The position numbers and the translations under genes were made by a program. From the NCBI RefSeq assembly GCF_039541115.1, contig NZ_BAABFP010000005.1, positions 992,001 to 1,023,876 of the forward strand: a stretch of 31,876 bases of DNA, in the 5' to 3' direction. Position 1 is the first letter of the stretch. Every line of letters begins with the position of its first letter. The DNA comes from Angustibacter luteus (GTDB lineage: Bacteria; Actinomycetota; Actinomycetes; Actinomycetales; Angustibacteraceae). A model generated the notes under the pieces. It was not told where the DNA came from. It worked only from the letters and a program-made list of their open reading frames with translations, and did no database searches. This document shows positions 7,809 through 16,225 of the stretch, piece by piece.

Positions 7809-9890
7809 TCAGAGCGTGGCGCCGACGGCGACCGCCGCCCGGCCAGCCGCGGCGGGTCCACCGGCGAGATCAGCGACCGCGGAGGTCAGCAAACCCAGCT
7901 GCACGCGATCGACCGCGTCGCTGTCGCCCCCTGCCACCAGCTCCAGTGCTCGGACGGCGCACGCCGCGAAAGCCATGACCGAGGCCAGCTGCGGCTCCGA
8001 GCTGAAGGGAAGCGCCAGGTCCGCCTCCTTCAACCCGGACGCGAGCCAGACCTCGACGACCTGCCGCCACCCCGTCAGGTCGTTGCCCGGGGTGCGCTCG
8101 ACCGTGCGCTCGACCGTGCGCTCGACCGCACCCAGGCGCCGGTCGACGTCCTGCCGGATGAACTCCTCTGCCGTGTGCCGCCAGGTCTGGGCATCCTCGA
8201 AGCGCCAGTAGATCTCGATGCACCCGCGAGCGGCGCGGATCACGTCCCGCGGTAGGCCGCCCGACCAGACGGCGCAGAACAGGGCCAGCGAGGACGGAAA
8301 CCCGGCGACGCGTGACTCGAGAACCGCAAGGGCCTCGTCCGGCGCCAGTCGGGCGATGTCCACGATCGCGTCGAATGACGAGTCGAACGCGTCCCGAGGT
8401 TGCAGGCCCCGCAGCGAGAACGACGCCATGGCCTCGTCCGAGACGCTCACCAGGAAGTGCACCCGAGGGATGTGGAACAAGTCCTTCATGGAGTTGATGA
8501 CGTTCGTGAGCGACTCGACGTCCGGCAGCTTGTCGAGCTCGTCGACGATCACGACGACCCGTCCGTTGGCTCCGCGTTCGACACCCATCTGGTGCAGCAC
8601 TGCCGTGAGCCGATCGATCAGGTCCCCGTAGGTCAGCCCGCGATGAGTGGAGCTGCGGCTCGTGGTCCGCTCCAGCCCGAGAACGGATGTGAGCTGGAGC
8701 GAGGCCTTGCCCTCCTCACCTTCCGTCTGCTCCATCCGCAGGTCTGCCGCGAGGGCGGCGGCCAGATCAGCGGCAGACGTACCCTCCCGGCGGACTCGGG
8801 TGACACCGAGGACCGTTCCGATGAACGCACTGAGGCCGACCGCGGCGAGCAGAGCGCCGAACACGCCGACGGGACCGAGACGCCTGATCACCGGCCAGTC
8901 GTTCCAGTCCGCCAGCAGCAGCCAGATGCCAACGACGACCGCCAGCTCCAGCACGAACGTCCGGCGCATCTGCCGCCGCCGCGCGACCTGCACGTCTGCC
9001 ATGACGGCGGACCGGTCCCCGACTGCTCGGGCCGCAGCGAAGGCGAGCCGACGCAGCAGGTCTGTGGTCTCGTACTTGCTCGCCGCCAGGATCGGCAACG
9101 CCAGCGTGCCCGACTCTGCCGCCACGGAGAGCATGAGCGTGCTCTTGCCACTGCCGCGGGGCCCGGCGATCCCGATCGCCGACGTCCGGTGCCCGGCAAC
9201 GAACTGGGTCACGTAGGCGATCGTCGACGAGGGAACGATCCGGTCCGCCGCCAGCTCGACCAGGTCAGGGGCCGTCTCCGGGAACGACAGCAGGCCCTGG
9301 GGGCCGAGGACCCGATTGATGGCGCGCCGGTAGGACTCAGCCAGGAAGACGTCGGACTCGTCCTTCCACTGCCTGTCCAACCGCGGCACCTCGGTATCGT
9401 TCTCCGCTTCTCGCACGTGCTCCGCGAGGGTCTCGAAGATCACCACGATGATGGAAGCCGCAACCAGGAGGAGAACCACGACGAAGGCACGCTGCCACCA
9501 GGACCTCATCCACGTGATGTCTCCGAGGCTGCCCCAGCCGAACAACCAGCCCGCGACGACGGCCACGGCGACCGCGGCGATCATCACAGCGACCAGACCA
9601 GTGGCGACGCCGAACAGGATGCGTCGTCGCCGGGCCGACGTGACCCGCTGCGCGCGACGCGTCAACGCCTCGACGCGAAGGTGCGTCCACGACGAACGAC
9701 GCGCGAGGAACTCCGCCTCGTCGACGCGTCGAGCGTGCGCCGACAACTCGGGCCAGTGCTTCGCGAAGACCTTGAGCTCGTCCCGCGCGACGATCGGCTC
9801 GAGCGACTCGACGAAGCTGGGCGGCGGTGGCTCTGCGGCCTTGCGCCGCTTGGACTCGGCCCGGTCCGCTGTCAGCCCCATCCGCGACAC
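7809..9890 (-). CDS. membrane-anchored KAP-family-like P-loop NTPase
   Basis: Walker A GIAGPRGSGKST; two TM helices between Walker A and Walker B (VVVIVDELDK); KDLFHIPRVHFLVS; two further N-terminal TMs. Start set at GTG 9890 after GAGGAGGG. Confidence 0.82.
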   Translation of the reverse strand: MSRMGLTADRAESKRRKAAEPPPPSFVESLEPIVARDELKVFAKHWPELSAHARRVDEAEFLARRSSWTHLRVEALTRRAQRVTSARRRRILFGVATGLVAVMIAAVAVAVVAGWLFGWGSLGDITWMRSWWQRAFVVVLLLVAASIIVVIFETLAEHVREAENDTEVPRLDRQWKDESDVFLAESYRRAINRVLGPQGLLSFPETAPDLVELAADRIVPSSTIAYVTQFVAGHRTSAIGIAGPRGSGKSTLMLSVAAESGTLALPILAASKYETTDLLRRLAFAAARAVGDRSAVMADVQVARRRQMRRTFVLELAVVVGIWLLLADWNDWPVIRRLGPVGVFGALLAAVGLSAFIGTVLGVTRVRREGTSAADLAAALAADLRMEQTEGEEGKASLQLTSVLGLERTTSRSSTHRGLTYGDLIDRLTAVLHQMGVERGANGRVVVIVDELDKLPDVESLTNVINSMKDLFHIPRVHFLVSVSDEAMASFSLRGLQPRDAFDSSFDAIVDIARLAPDEALAVLESRVAGFPSSLALFCAVWSGGLPRDVIRAARGCIEIYWRFEDAQTWRHTAEEFIRQDVDRRLGAVERTVERTVERTPGNDLTGWRQVVEVWLASGLKEADLALPFSSEPQLASVMAFAACAVRALELVAGGDSDAVDRVQLGLLTSAVADLAGGPAAAGRAAVAVGATL
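8092..8127. repeat. 3 x 12-bp perfect tandem repeat (GTGCGCTCGACC) encoding VERT x3
   Basis: Directly visible; in frame within the NTPase C-terminal region. Confidence 0.9.
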
Positions 9891-10000
9891 TGTGGTCCCC
9901 TCCTCGCTGAGGGTGAGTCCTGCCTCGCAGCCTAGCGACGTCGGGTTGGCGCTACGTCGAACTCTGGATATCCGTGGATCTTCCCTCCAGCCTCGGGAGT

Positions 10001-10873
10001 TCAGGCAGTCACGACGCGGCCGACCTCCGCGGCGAACGCGACGAAGCCCTCGGCGTCCGGCTCGTCCTGGGTCGGTTGCAGCACCACGACGTCCACGCCG
10101 GCCTCGATCCATGGCGACAGCCCCTCGGCCACCGCGGCGACGTCGCCGGCCACCCCGTGCCCGTCGCTGCTCGACCAACCCCAGAGCTCGCACTCGTGGT
10201 CCAGTCGCTGCTGCGCATCGGCACCCGTCGCGACCGGCAGGAAGGCGGTGATCGGGTTCCGGCCGTCGCGCCCGGACTCGGCGCGCGCGGCGTCGACCAG
10301 CTCGCGGGCCCGGCGCACCTCGTCGGGCGTCGTCCCGCCGGTGAGGATCGTCCCGTCGGCCAGCGCCCCGGACAGCCGCAGCGTCTTCGGCCCCTCCCCC
10401 GCGGCCAGCAGGTCAGGCGGCGACGGCGGCGGCCAGTCCAGGGCCACCTCGTCCAGCGTCACGTACCGGCCGTCGGCGCTGACCCGCTCGCCCGCCAGCA
10501 GTCCCTGCAACGCCACGAGGTACTCGCTGAGCAACGTCATCGGCGACTCGGCCCGGGCGCCGACCTGCTCCATCCAGCTCTGCACTCCGTGACCCACGCC
10601 CAGCAGCGCCCTCCCGGGGAACAACCGGTGCAGGGTGCTGAGCTCCATCGCGGTGAGCGCGACGTTGCGCAACGGCACGGGGAAGATGCCGACCCCGACC
10701 TTCAGCCGCGTCGTCCACGCGAGCGCCGCCGTGGCCGCGGCGACTCCCCCCAGCTTGAAGCAGTCCTCCCACAGCCACAGCTGCGGCAGTCCTGCGTCGT
10801 CCGCGGCGACCGCCACGGAGCGCAGGCGCTCGGGAACGAGCTGCGGGATGAAGACGGCACCGACCTCGACCAT
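10001..10873 (-). CDS. LLM class flavin/F420-dependent oxidoreductase
   Basis: LWLWEDCF, TTRLKVGVGIFPVPLRN, FPGRALLGVGHG, GPKTLRLSGALADG. Confidence 0.9.
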   Translation of the reverse strand: MVEVGAVFIPQLVPERLRSVAVAADDAGLPQLWLWEDCFKLGGVAAATAALAWTTRLKVGVGIFPVPLRNVALTAMELSTLHRLFPGRALLGVGHGVQSWMEQVGARAESPMTLLSEYLVALQGLLAGERVSADGRYVTLDEVALDWPPPSPPDLLAAGEGPKTLRLSGALADGTILTGGTTPDEVRRARELVDAARAESGRDGRNPITAFLPVATGADAQQRLDHECELWGWSSSDGHGVAGDVAAVAEGLSPWIEAGVDVVVLQPTQDEPDAEGFVAFAAEVGRVVTA

Positions 10874-10919
10874 GCACGGACGCTAACGCCTGCGCGGCGT
10901 CGGCGGCCAGTGTCTGGGG

Positions 10920-11975
10920 CTAGGAGGCGCCGACGCTCACCACGCACAGGCACACCGGCGTCGCGTCGTTGTAGGTCAGCAGAGCCTCCGACGCCACGGA
11001 GGTCACCCAGTCCAGGGTGTCCAACGTCGGGTCGTCCAGAACTCGTTGCAGCACAGCGGTCTCGAGCACCCGGCCAGGTGAGTAGCGGCTGAGCTTGGTG
11101 GCCAGCACACCCTCGAGCACCCGGTAGGTGGCGGAGTCGACGAGGCCGACGACCTGCGCCGCGAGGACCGAGTCGATGTGCGACGTCGCGACCTCGAGCC
11201 GACCCTGCGCAGCCAGCGCGGTCAGCCGGGCCCGCCAGACCCGCAGGTCGACGTCGTCGTCCAGCTCGCTGCGTCGTCCGTGCTCGTGGTCGCGCTCGCG
11301 GTGCAGCCGCTCCAGGTCCGGCAGCAGGGCGGCGATCTCGTGCGGATCCCGGGTGAACCGGATGTCGACGGCGCAGCCGTCGGTCCGGGCCCGGTTGGCG
11401 GCCTTGCGCAGGGTGCGCTGCATCGACGGCGTCAGGTACTCGGCGGCGGATGCGGCGGCGCCGCGACGGACGACGGGCACCGGGCTGGCGCTCACCAGAT
11501 CGGCTCCGGGCACGGCGGCCGTGAACGCCGCCAGGACCGGGTCGGCGACCCGGACCGGACCGAGGATCGCCCAGGTCGGACGACCCCGCTCGCGCAGGGC
11601 GTCCCAGAAGGCGTGGCCCAGCAACGACGCCGCGGCGGCGTCGTCCGCCAGGAGAGCGCTGGTGTGGCCGGTGGAGCTGCCGGCCAGCCGGACGACGTCC
11701 CGGTCGGCCTGCTGCTCGTCCACGAGCACGGCGGCGGCGCGCAGCGCGCCGCGGTCGTCGCGGACCTCGACGGACCAGGCGCGGGTCGGCACCGGCCCGA
11801 CCGTGGCGTGCAGCCACCCGGCCCGGGCCATGCTCGGTGCGCCGCAGGCGTCCGCGAGGGCGTCGAGCTCGGGGCCGGCGGCGTCGAGCAGCTCCGTGCC
11901 CAGCCGCACCGTCGCGGTCAGTGAGGGCAGCCGCGTCGCGGTCGCGCCCGCGGTGACGTTCGACAGCCGCTTCAT
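10920..11975 (-). CDS. GNAT-fold acetyltransferase (CelD/BcsL-like)
   Basis: YLTPSMQRTLRKAANR, LERLHRER, SRYSPGRVLE...LDW pattern; ATG overlaps the GGDEF-EAL stop (ATGA). Confidence 0.78.
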   Translation of the reverse strand: MKRLSNVTAGATATRLPSLTATVRLGTELLDAAGPELDALADACGAPSMARAGWLHATVGPVPTRAWSVEVRDDRGALRAAAVLVDEQQADRDVVRLAGSSTGHTSALLADDAAAASLLGHAFWDALRERGRPTWAILGPVRVADPVLAAFTAAVPGADLVSASPVPVVRRGAAASAAEYLTPSMQRTLRKAANRARTDGCAVDIRFTRDPHEIAALLPDLERLHRERDHEHGRRSELDDDVDLRVWRARLTALAAQGRLEVATSHIDSVLAAQVVGLVDSATYRVLEGVLATKLSRYSPGRVLETAVLQRVLDDPTLDTLDWVTSVASEALLTYNDATPVCLCVVSVGAS

Positions 11976-14314
11976 CGGGCGGGTTCCACGGTGACGTCCG
12001 CACCCTCGGGTGCGGTCGCGGGTGCGGTCTGGTTCGGGATCGCGGGGATCGAACGGGCGTCCAGCCACTGCTCCAGCTCGGCGGGCGGCAGGGCCCGCGA
12101 GAAGTAGAAGCCCTGCGACTCGTCACAGCCCGAGGTGGCCAGCTGCCCCGCGGTGTCGGCGTCCTCGACACCCTCGGCGACCATCGTCATGCCGAGCGAG
12201 TGCGCGAGCTCGATGGTGGAGCGCACGATCGCGGCCGCGCGGGCGTCCTGGGCCATCGGCAGGACGAACGACCGGTCGAGCTTGAGCTGGTCGATGGGCA
12301 GCTCCCGCAGGTACGTCAGCGAGGAGTAGCCGGTGCCGAAGTCGTCGACCGACACCCGGATGCCGAGCTGGCGCAGCTCGGTGAGGATGGACCGGGCGCG
12401 CTCGCGGTCCCCCATCAGGAAGTCCTCGGTGATCTCCAGCTCGAGCCGGTCCGGGGACAGCCCACGCTGCAGCAGGATGGCGGCCACCCGCCGCGGCAGG
12501 TCCATGTCGACGAGCGAGGACGCCGACAGGTTCACGGCGACCGCGAGCCGGCGTCCCTGGTCCTGCCAGACCCGCACCTGGTCCAGGGACTGCTCGAGGA
12601 CGGCGGTGGTCAGCTCCCGCATCAGGCCCGCCTGCTCGGCCAGCGGCAGGAACGAGTCCGGCAGCAGCAGCCCCCGGGTCGGGTGCGGCCAGCGGACCAG
12701 TGCCTCGACGCCGTCCACCTTGAGCGACCGGGAGTCGACCTTCGGCTGGTAGAACACGGCGAGCCCACCGGTCAGCACGGCGTCCCGCAGCTCCTCGAGC
12801 ATGCGCAGCCGGTCCTGGCCGCCCGTGTCGTCGCCCTCGGCCGAGTAGGACGAGTGCCCCAGTCGCGAGCCCTTCGCCTGGTACATGGCGATGTCGGCCG
12901 CCCGCAGCAGCTCGGAGACCTGGCCACCGTGCGTGGGGAAGAACGAGATGCCGATGCTGGCGTCCACCCGGACGGTCACGCCGTCGACGGTGAACGGCGG
13001 GTTCAGCACTGCGTGCACCCGCTCAGCCATCGTCTCGGCCTGGGCGCTGTCGGCGCCGGAGAGGTAGATCGCGAACTCGTCACCACCCAACCGGGCCAGC
13101 AGGTGGTTGGCGCCGTCCAGGCTGCTCGTCAGCCGGGACGCGACGTGCCGCAGCAGGTCGTCGCCGGCGTGGTGGCCGAGGCTGTCGTTGACCTCCTTGA
13201 ACCGGTCGAGGTCCAGCAGCAGCAGCGCGCCGATGCCCGGCCCCTCGCCGCTGGTGCGGGTGTTGACCTGCTCGTAGAAGGCCCTCCGGTTGCTCAGTCC
13301 GGTGAGCTCGTCGGTGAGGGCGAGCTGCCTGCTGTGCGCGAGCGTGCGGACCTCGCCGAACGTGACGATCATCCGCCCGAGGGCCGCGACGACGGTGCCG
13401 GCGGCCAGGCCGATGGCGACCGGGTGCAGCTCGTGCGAGTTGGCGAACACGAGCAGGCAGACCGCGACCCCGCTGGCGCCGATCGGGATGCCCAGGAGCA
13501 CCCAGGAAGGCAGCGGCACACCGGCCGGACGGCTCGGCCAACCCGGCGCGAACGCCATCAGCAGGGTCGCGAGCACCCAGACGACGTCGTTGGCGCCACC
13601 GGGCTGGTACGTGCCGTTGGCGGCGTGGAACAGGTACACCAGGTCGGCGACCACGAACGCGGTCAGACCCGCCACGAAGAACCACAGACCGGCCGGCGGC
13701 CGCCAGTGGAAGAGGGCCAGGACGGCGGTGACGATCAGCAGCAGCATCACGTCCAGCAGGGGGTAGGCCAGGGTCGTCACCACGGCCGACCAGCTGCCGC
13801 CGGTCACCGCCAGCACCGGACCGGCGATGGCCGCCATGACCGCGGCGACCGCGAGGCCACCGACGATCCCGTCGAGCCACAGGCTGATCGGCAGCTGGTT
13901 CGCCATCTCCCGCACGACGAGCAGCAGGGCGACGAACGCGAACCCGTAGAAGGACAGCCAGAGACCGTCCGCCATGGACGGGAAGGGCTCGGGGCTCAGC
14001 GGCCGGACGAAGGCGGTCCAGAAGACGTTGCCCAGGCCGTACAACGCCAGGCCGAGCGCGAGGATCCGCCAGCTGCGGGTGAACGAGGTGTCGCGGCGCG
14101 ACCGGAGCAGGCACACGACGGGGCTGAGCATGTAGGCGATGTTGTTCAACCAGCCGTCGAGCAGCAGGTCGTAGCCGGGCGCCGTCCGCACGCCGGGGAT
14201 GGTGGAGATCCCGAAGGCCAGGTACACAGCGAGGACGACGGCGTAGACGCCGGCCTCGAGGGCTCGTCCGGGCGGCACGAATCGCCCTCGGAGCCTCGAC
14301 GCGACGAGATCCAT
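11972..14314 (-). CDS. multi-TM diguanylate cyclase/phosphodiesterase (GGDEF-EAL)
   Basis: About 9-10 N-terminal TM helices; TDELTGLSNRR, DLDRFKEVNDSLGH, RLGGDEF; YQPKV, EALVRW, DDFGTGYSS, LKLDRSF, AEGVE, QGFYFS. Confidence 0.95.
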   Translation of the reverse strand: MDLVASRLRGRFVPPGRALEAGVYAVVLAVYLAFGISTIPGVRTAPGYDLLLDGWLNNIAYMLSPVVCLLRSRRDTSFTRSWRILALGLALYGLGNVFWTAFVRPLSPEPFPSMADGLWLSFYGFAFVALLLVVREMANQLPISLWLDGIVGGLAVAAVMAAIAGPVLAVTGGSWSAVVTTLAYPLLDVMLLLIVTAVLALFHWRPPAGLWFFVAGLTAFVVADLVYLFHAANGTYQPGGANDVVWVLATLLMAFAPGWPSRPAGVPLPSWVLLGIPIGASGVAVCLLVFANSHELHPVAIGLAAGTVVAALGRMIVTFGEVRTLAHSRQLALTDELTGLSNRRAFYEQVNTRTSGEGPGIGALLLLDLDRFKEVNDSLGHHAGDDLLRHVASRLTSSLDGANHLLARLGGDEFAIYLSGADSAQAETMAERVHAVLNPPFTVDGVTVRVDASIGISFFPTHGGQVSELLRAADIAMYQAKGSRLGHSSYSAEGDDTGGQDRLRMLEELRDAVLTGGLAVFYQPKVDSRSLKVDGVEALVRWPHPTRGLLLPDSFLPLAEQAGLMRELTTAVLEQSLDQVRVWQDQGRRLAVAVNLSASSLVDMDLPRRVAAILLQRGLSPDRLELEITEDFLMGDRERARSILTELRQLGIRVSVDDFGTGYSSLTYLRELPIDQLKLDRSFVLPMAQDARAAAIVRSTIELAHSLGMTMVAEGVEDADTAGQLATSGCDESQGFYFSRALPPAELEQWLDARSIPAIPNQTAPATAPEGADVTVEPAR

Positions 14315-14354
14315 GCCGACCGCCTTCTTGCGTAGTCCATCCCCTCGCGGCCTG

Positions 14355-14381
14355 ATCGGGCGGCCAGGGCGGCGGCTTGAG
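14355..14381 (-). promoter_or_regulatory. possible sigma28 (FliA/WhiG)-type promoter
   Basis: Minus strand CTCA-n17-CCCGAT about 40 nt before the GGDEF-EAL ATG. Confidence 0.4.
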
Positions 14382-14484
14382 GCCGAGAGCGACTACTGCG
14401 GCCAGACGTGGTACGGGCGTGTCGCAAGAAGGACGGTTTCGCCCGATCTGTGTTCTCGGACGATCGCCTCGGGTCCCGCCGCGC

Positions 14485-14895
14485 TCAGGCGCCGGCCGGA
14501 CCCCCGAAGTACTGGTCGAGCACGGTCGCGAAGATCGGATCTGCGCCCGGGACCGCGGCGAACAGCGACATCGACGACTCCAGCTTCAGCGCGTCGACCG
14601 GGCCGAGGACCGCCACGGCGTCACTCGCACCCAGGTCGACGAGCGCGCCCGCGCACTCGGCGAGGCGTGGCCCGAGAACGGGGTGCTCGAGGTAAGCGAC
14701 CGCCTCGGCCGGACCGCTGATCGCGTAAAAGCGGGCGAGGTCGCTGCGTCCGAGGCCGGCGAGCTGCGGGAAGACGAACCACATCCAGTGGCTGTGCTTG
14801 CGTCCGCCCCGCAGCTCGGCCAGCGCCTGGTCGTAGGTGCCGCCGTCATCCTGGGCCCGGACGAACCGCTGCAGGTCGAAGGAGTCGTCCACCAC
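14485..14895 (-). CDS. DUF1810 family protein
   Basis: FDLQRFVRAQD, ELRGGRKHSHWMWFVFPQL, YLEHPVLGPRL, DALKLESSMSLF. Confidence 0.92.
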   Translation of the reverse strand: MVDDSFDLQRFVRAQDDGGTYDQALAELRGGRKHSHWMWFVFPQLAGLGRSDLARFYAISGPAEAVAYLEHPVLGPRLAECAGALVDLGASDAVAVLGPVDALKLESSMSLFAAVPGADPIFATVLDQYFGGPAGA

Positions 14896-14908
14896 CCCAC
14901 CCTAGGCG

Positions 14909-16225
14909 TCAGGAGTACGCGCGCTCCGCCGCCTCGGCGAGCTCGCGCCGGGGCCAGCTGCGCCACACCGGCACGAGCAGCAGGAGCGTCAGCACCGCCG
15001 ACACGACGACGGCCAGCGCCGGGTTGGTGGCATCGGCCAGCGCCCCGACCGCCAGGAACGACGTCGCGGTGACCAGCGCGAACCCGGACCCGGCGACCGC
15101 ACTGAGCCGGCCGCGCAGCTCGTCGGGACTGAGCAGCGTGAAGGTCGCCATGAGCGGGACCATGAATCCCTGGCACACCCCCGCCAGCACGAAGAGCACG
15201 CCGGCCACCGCCCAGGGCGGGTCCAGCACCACGCCGAGCAGTGGGAGCGGCAGCAGCAGCGCCATGGGCAGGATGCGGCTCACCTGCACCACCGGCGTCC
15301 AGCGGCTGACCAGCAGGACGCCGGCCACGGCGCCGAGCGGGCCGGCGGCCAGCAGGATGCCGCCGGCGGCGGTCGAGCCCCCGTGCTCACGCGCGTACGG
15401 CAGCGACACCGCCTCAGGGGCGGTGAACGCCAGCAGCGTCACGATGGCCACCAGGAACAACGAGCGGGTGGGCACGTCGCGGTACAGGTAGCGCACGCCC
15501 TCCCGGACGTCGGCCACCCAGCCGCCCAAGCCGTGCACGGTGGCCGGCCGGGCCGCGGCGTTCGCCGTGACGAACGCGAAGATCAGCAGGCCCGAGGCGA
15601 CGAAGGTCGCGGCGTCCAGCCACAGCGCCTGCTGGGTGCCCAGCGTCGCCACCACGATGCCGCCGATCGCCACGCCCGCGACCTGGTTGAACTGGAAGGT
15701 CATCTGCATCAGCGAGTTGGCGCGCAGGAAGAGCGGACGTTCCTCGAACATCTCGGCGAGCAGGGCCCGGCTGGCGGCGAAGAACGGCGCCCCGGACAGC
15801 TCGACGAGGAACAGCATCACCAGCAACAGCCAGATCGGCGCGCCCTGCGTGACGGCCAGCACGAGCAGCACCAGACCCAGGGAACGCAGGACGTCGCAGG
15901 CCACCATCACGGTGCGCCGCGGGATCCGGTCGGACAGCGGCCCGAGCAGGGCCTGGCCGAAGACGGCGGGCAGGTAGCTGACCGCGAACGCCGCGGCCGC
16001 GAACAACGCCGAGTTGGACTGGTGCAGGACCAGGGCGGCGAGCGCCACCCGGGCGAGCTGGTCGCCCCAGTCCGAGAGCACCCGGGCGAGGTACAGCGCG
16101 ACGAAGTCAGGACGGCGCAGTGCGCGTCGGTACGTCGCGCCGACGCGCCGTTCGCTCCCCCGCCCGGTCACGGCAGGGACGTTACTCGATCCCGACGTCC
16201 GATTCGCCCCTTGCGTATCAGTCAT
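14909..16225 (-). CDS. MFS transporter (DHA3/macrolide-efflux-like)
   Basis: About 12 TM helices; GPLSDRIPRRTVMVACD motif A; start overlaps the glnE stop by 8 nt. Confidence 0.9.
   Translation of the reverse strand: MTDTQGANRTSGSSNVPAVTGRGSERRVGATYRRALRRPDFVALYLARVLSDWGDQLARVALAALVLHQSNSALFAAAAFAVSYLPAVFGQALLGPLSDRIPRRTVMVACDVLRSLGLVLLVLAVTQGAPIWLLLVMLFLVELSGAPFFAASRALLAEMFEERPLFLRANSLMQMTFQFNQVAGVAIGGIVVATLGTQQALWLDAATFVASGLLIFAFVTANAAARPATVHGLGGWVADVREGVRYLYRDVPTRSLFLVAIVTLLAFTAPEAVSLPYAREHGGSTAAGGILLAAGPLGAVAGVLLVSRWTPVVQVSRILPMALLLPLPLLGVVLDPPWAVAGVLFVLAGVCQGFMVPLMATFTLLSPDELRGRLSAVAGSGFALVTATSFLAVGALADATNPALAVVVSAVLTLLLLVPVWRSWPRRELAEAAERAYS

Noticed and set aside
9891..10193. N-terminal extension of the KAP-like ORF to 10193 (similar over-extended starts for glnA2, panB, thioesterase, GNAT, LLM and BtuF-like)
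   Set aside because: Extensions overlap neighbouring genes; SD or -10 signals and conserved motifs support the shorter starts given.
14315..14484. Known c-di-GMP-I or -II riboswitch upstream of the GGDEF-EAL gene
   Set aside because: Could not find the characteristic conserved motifs; reported only as an unassigned structure.
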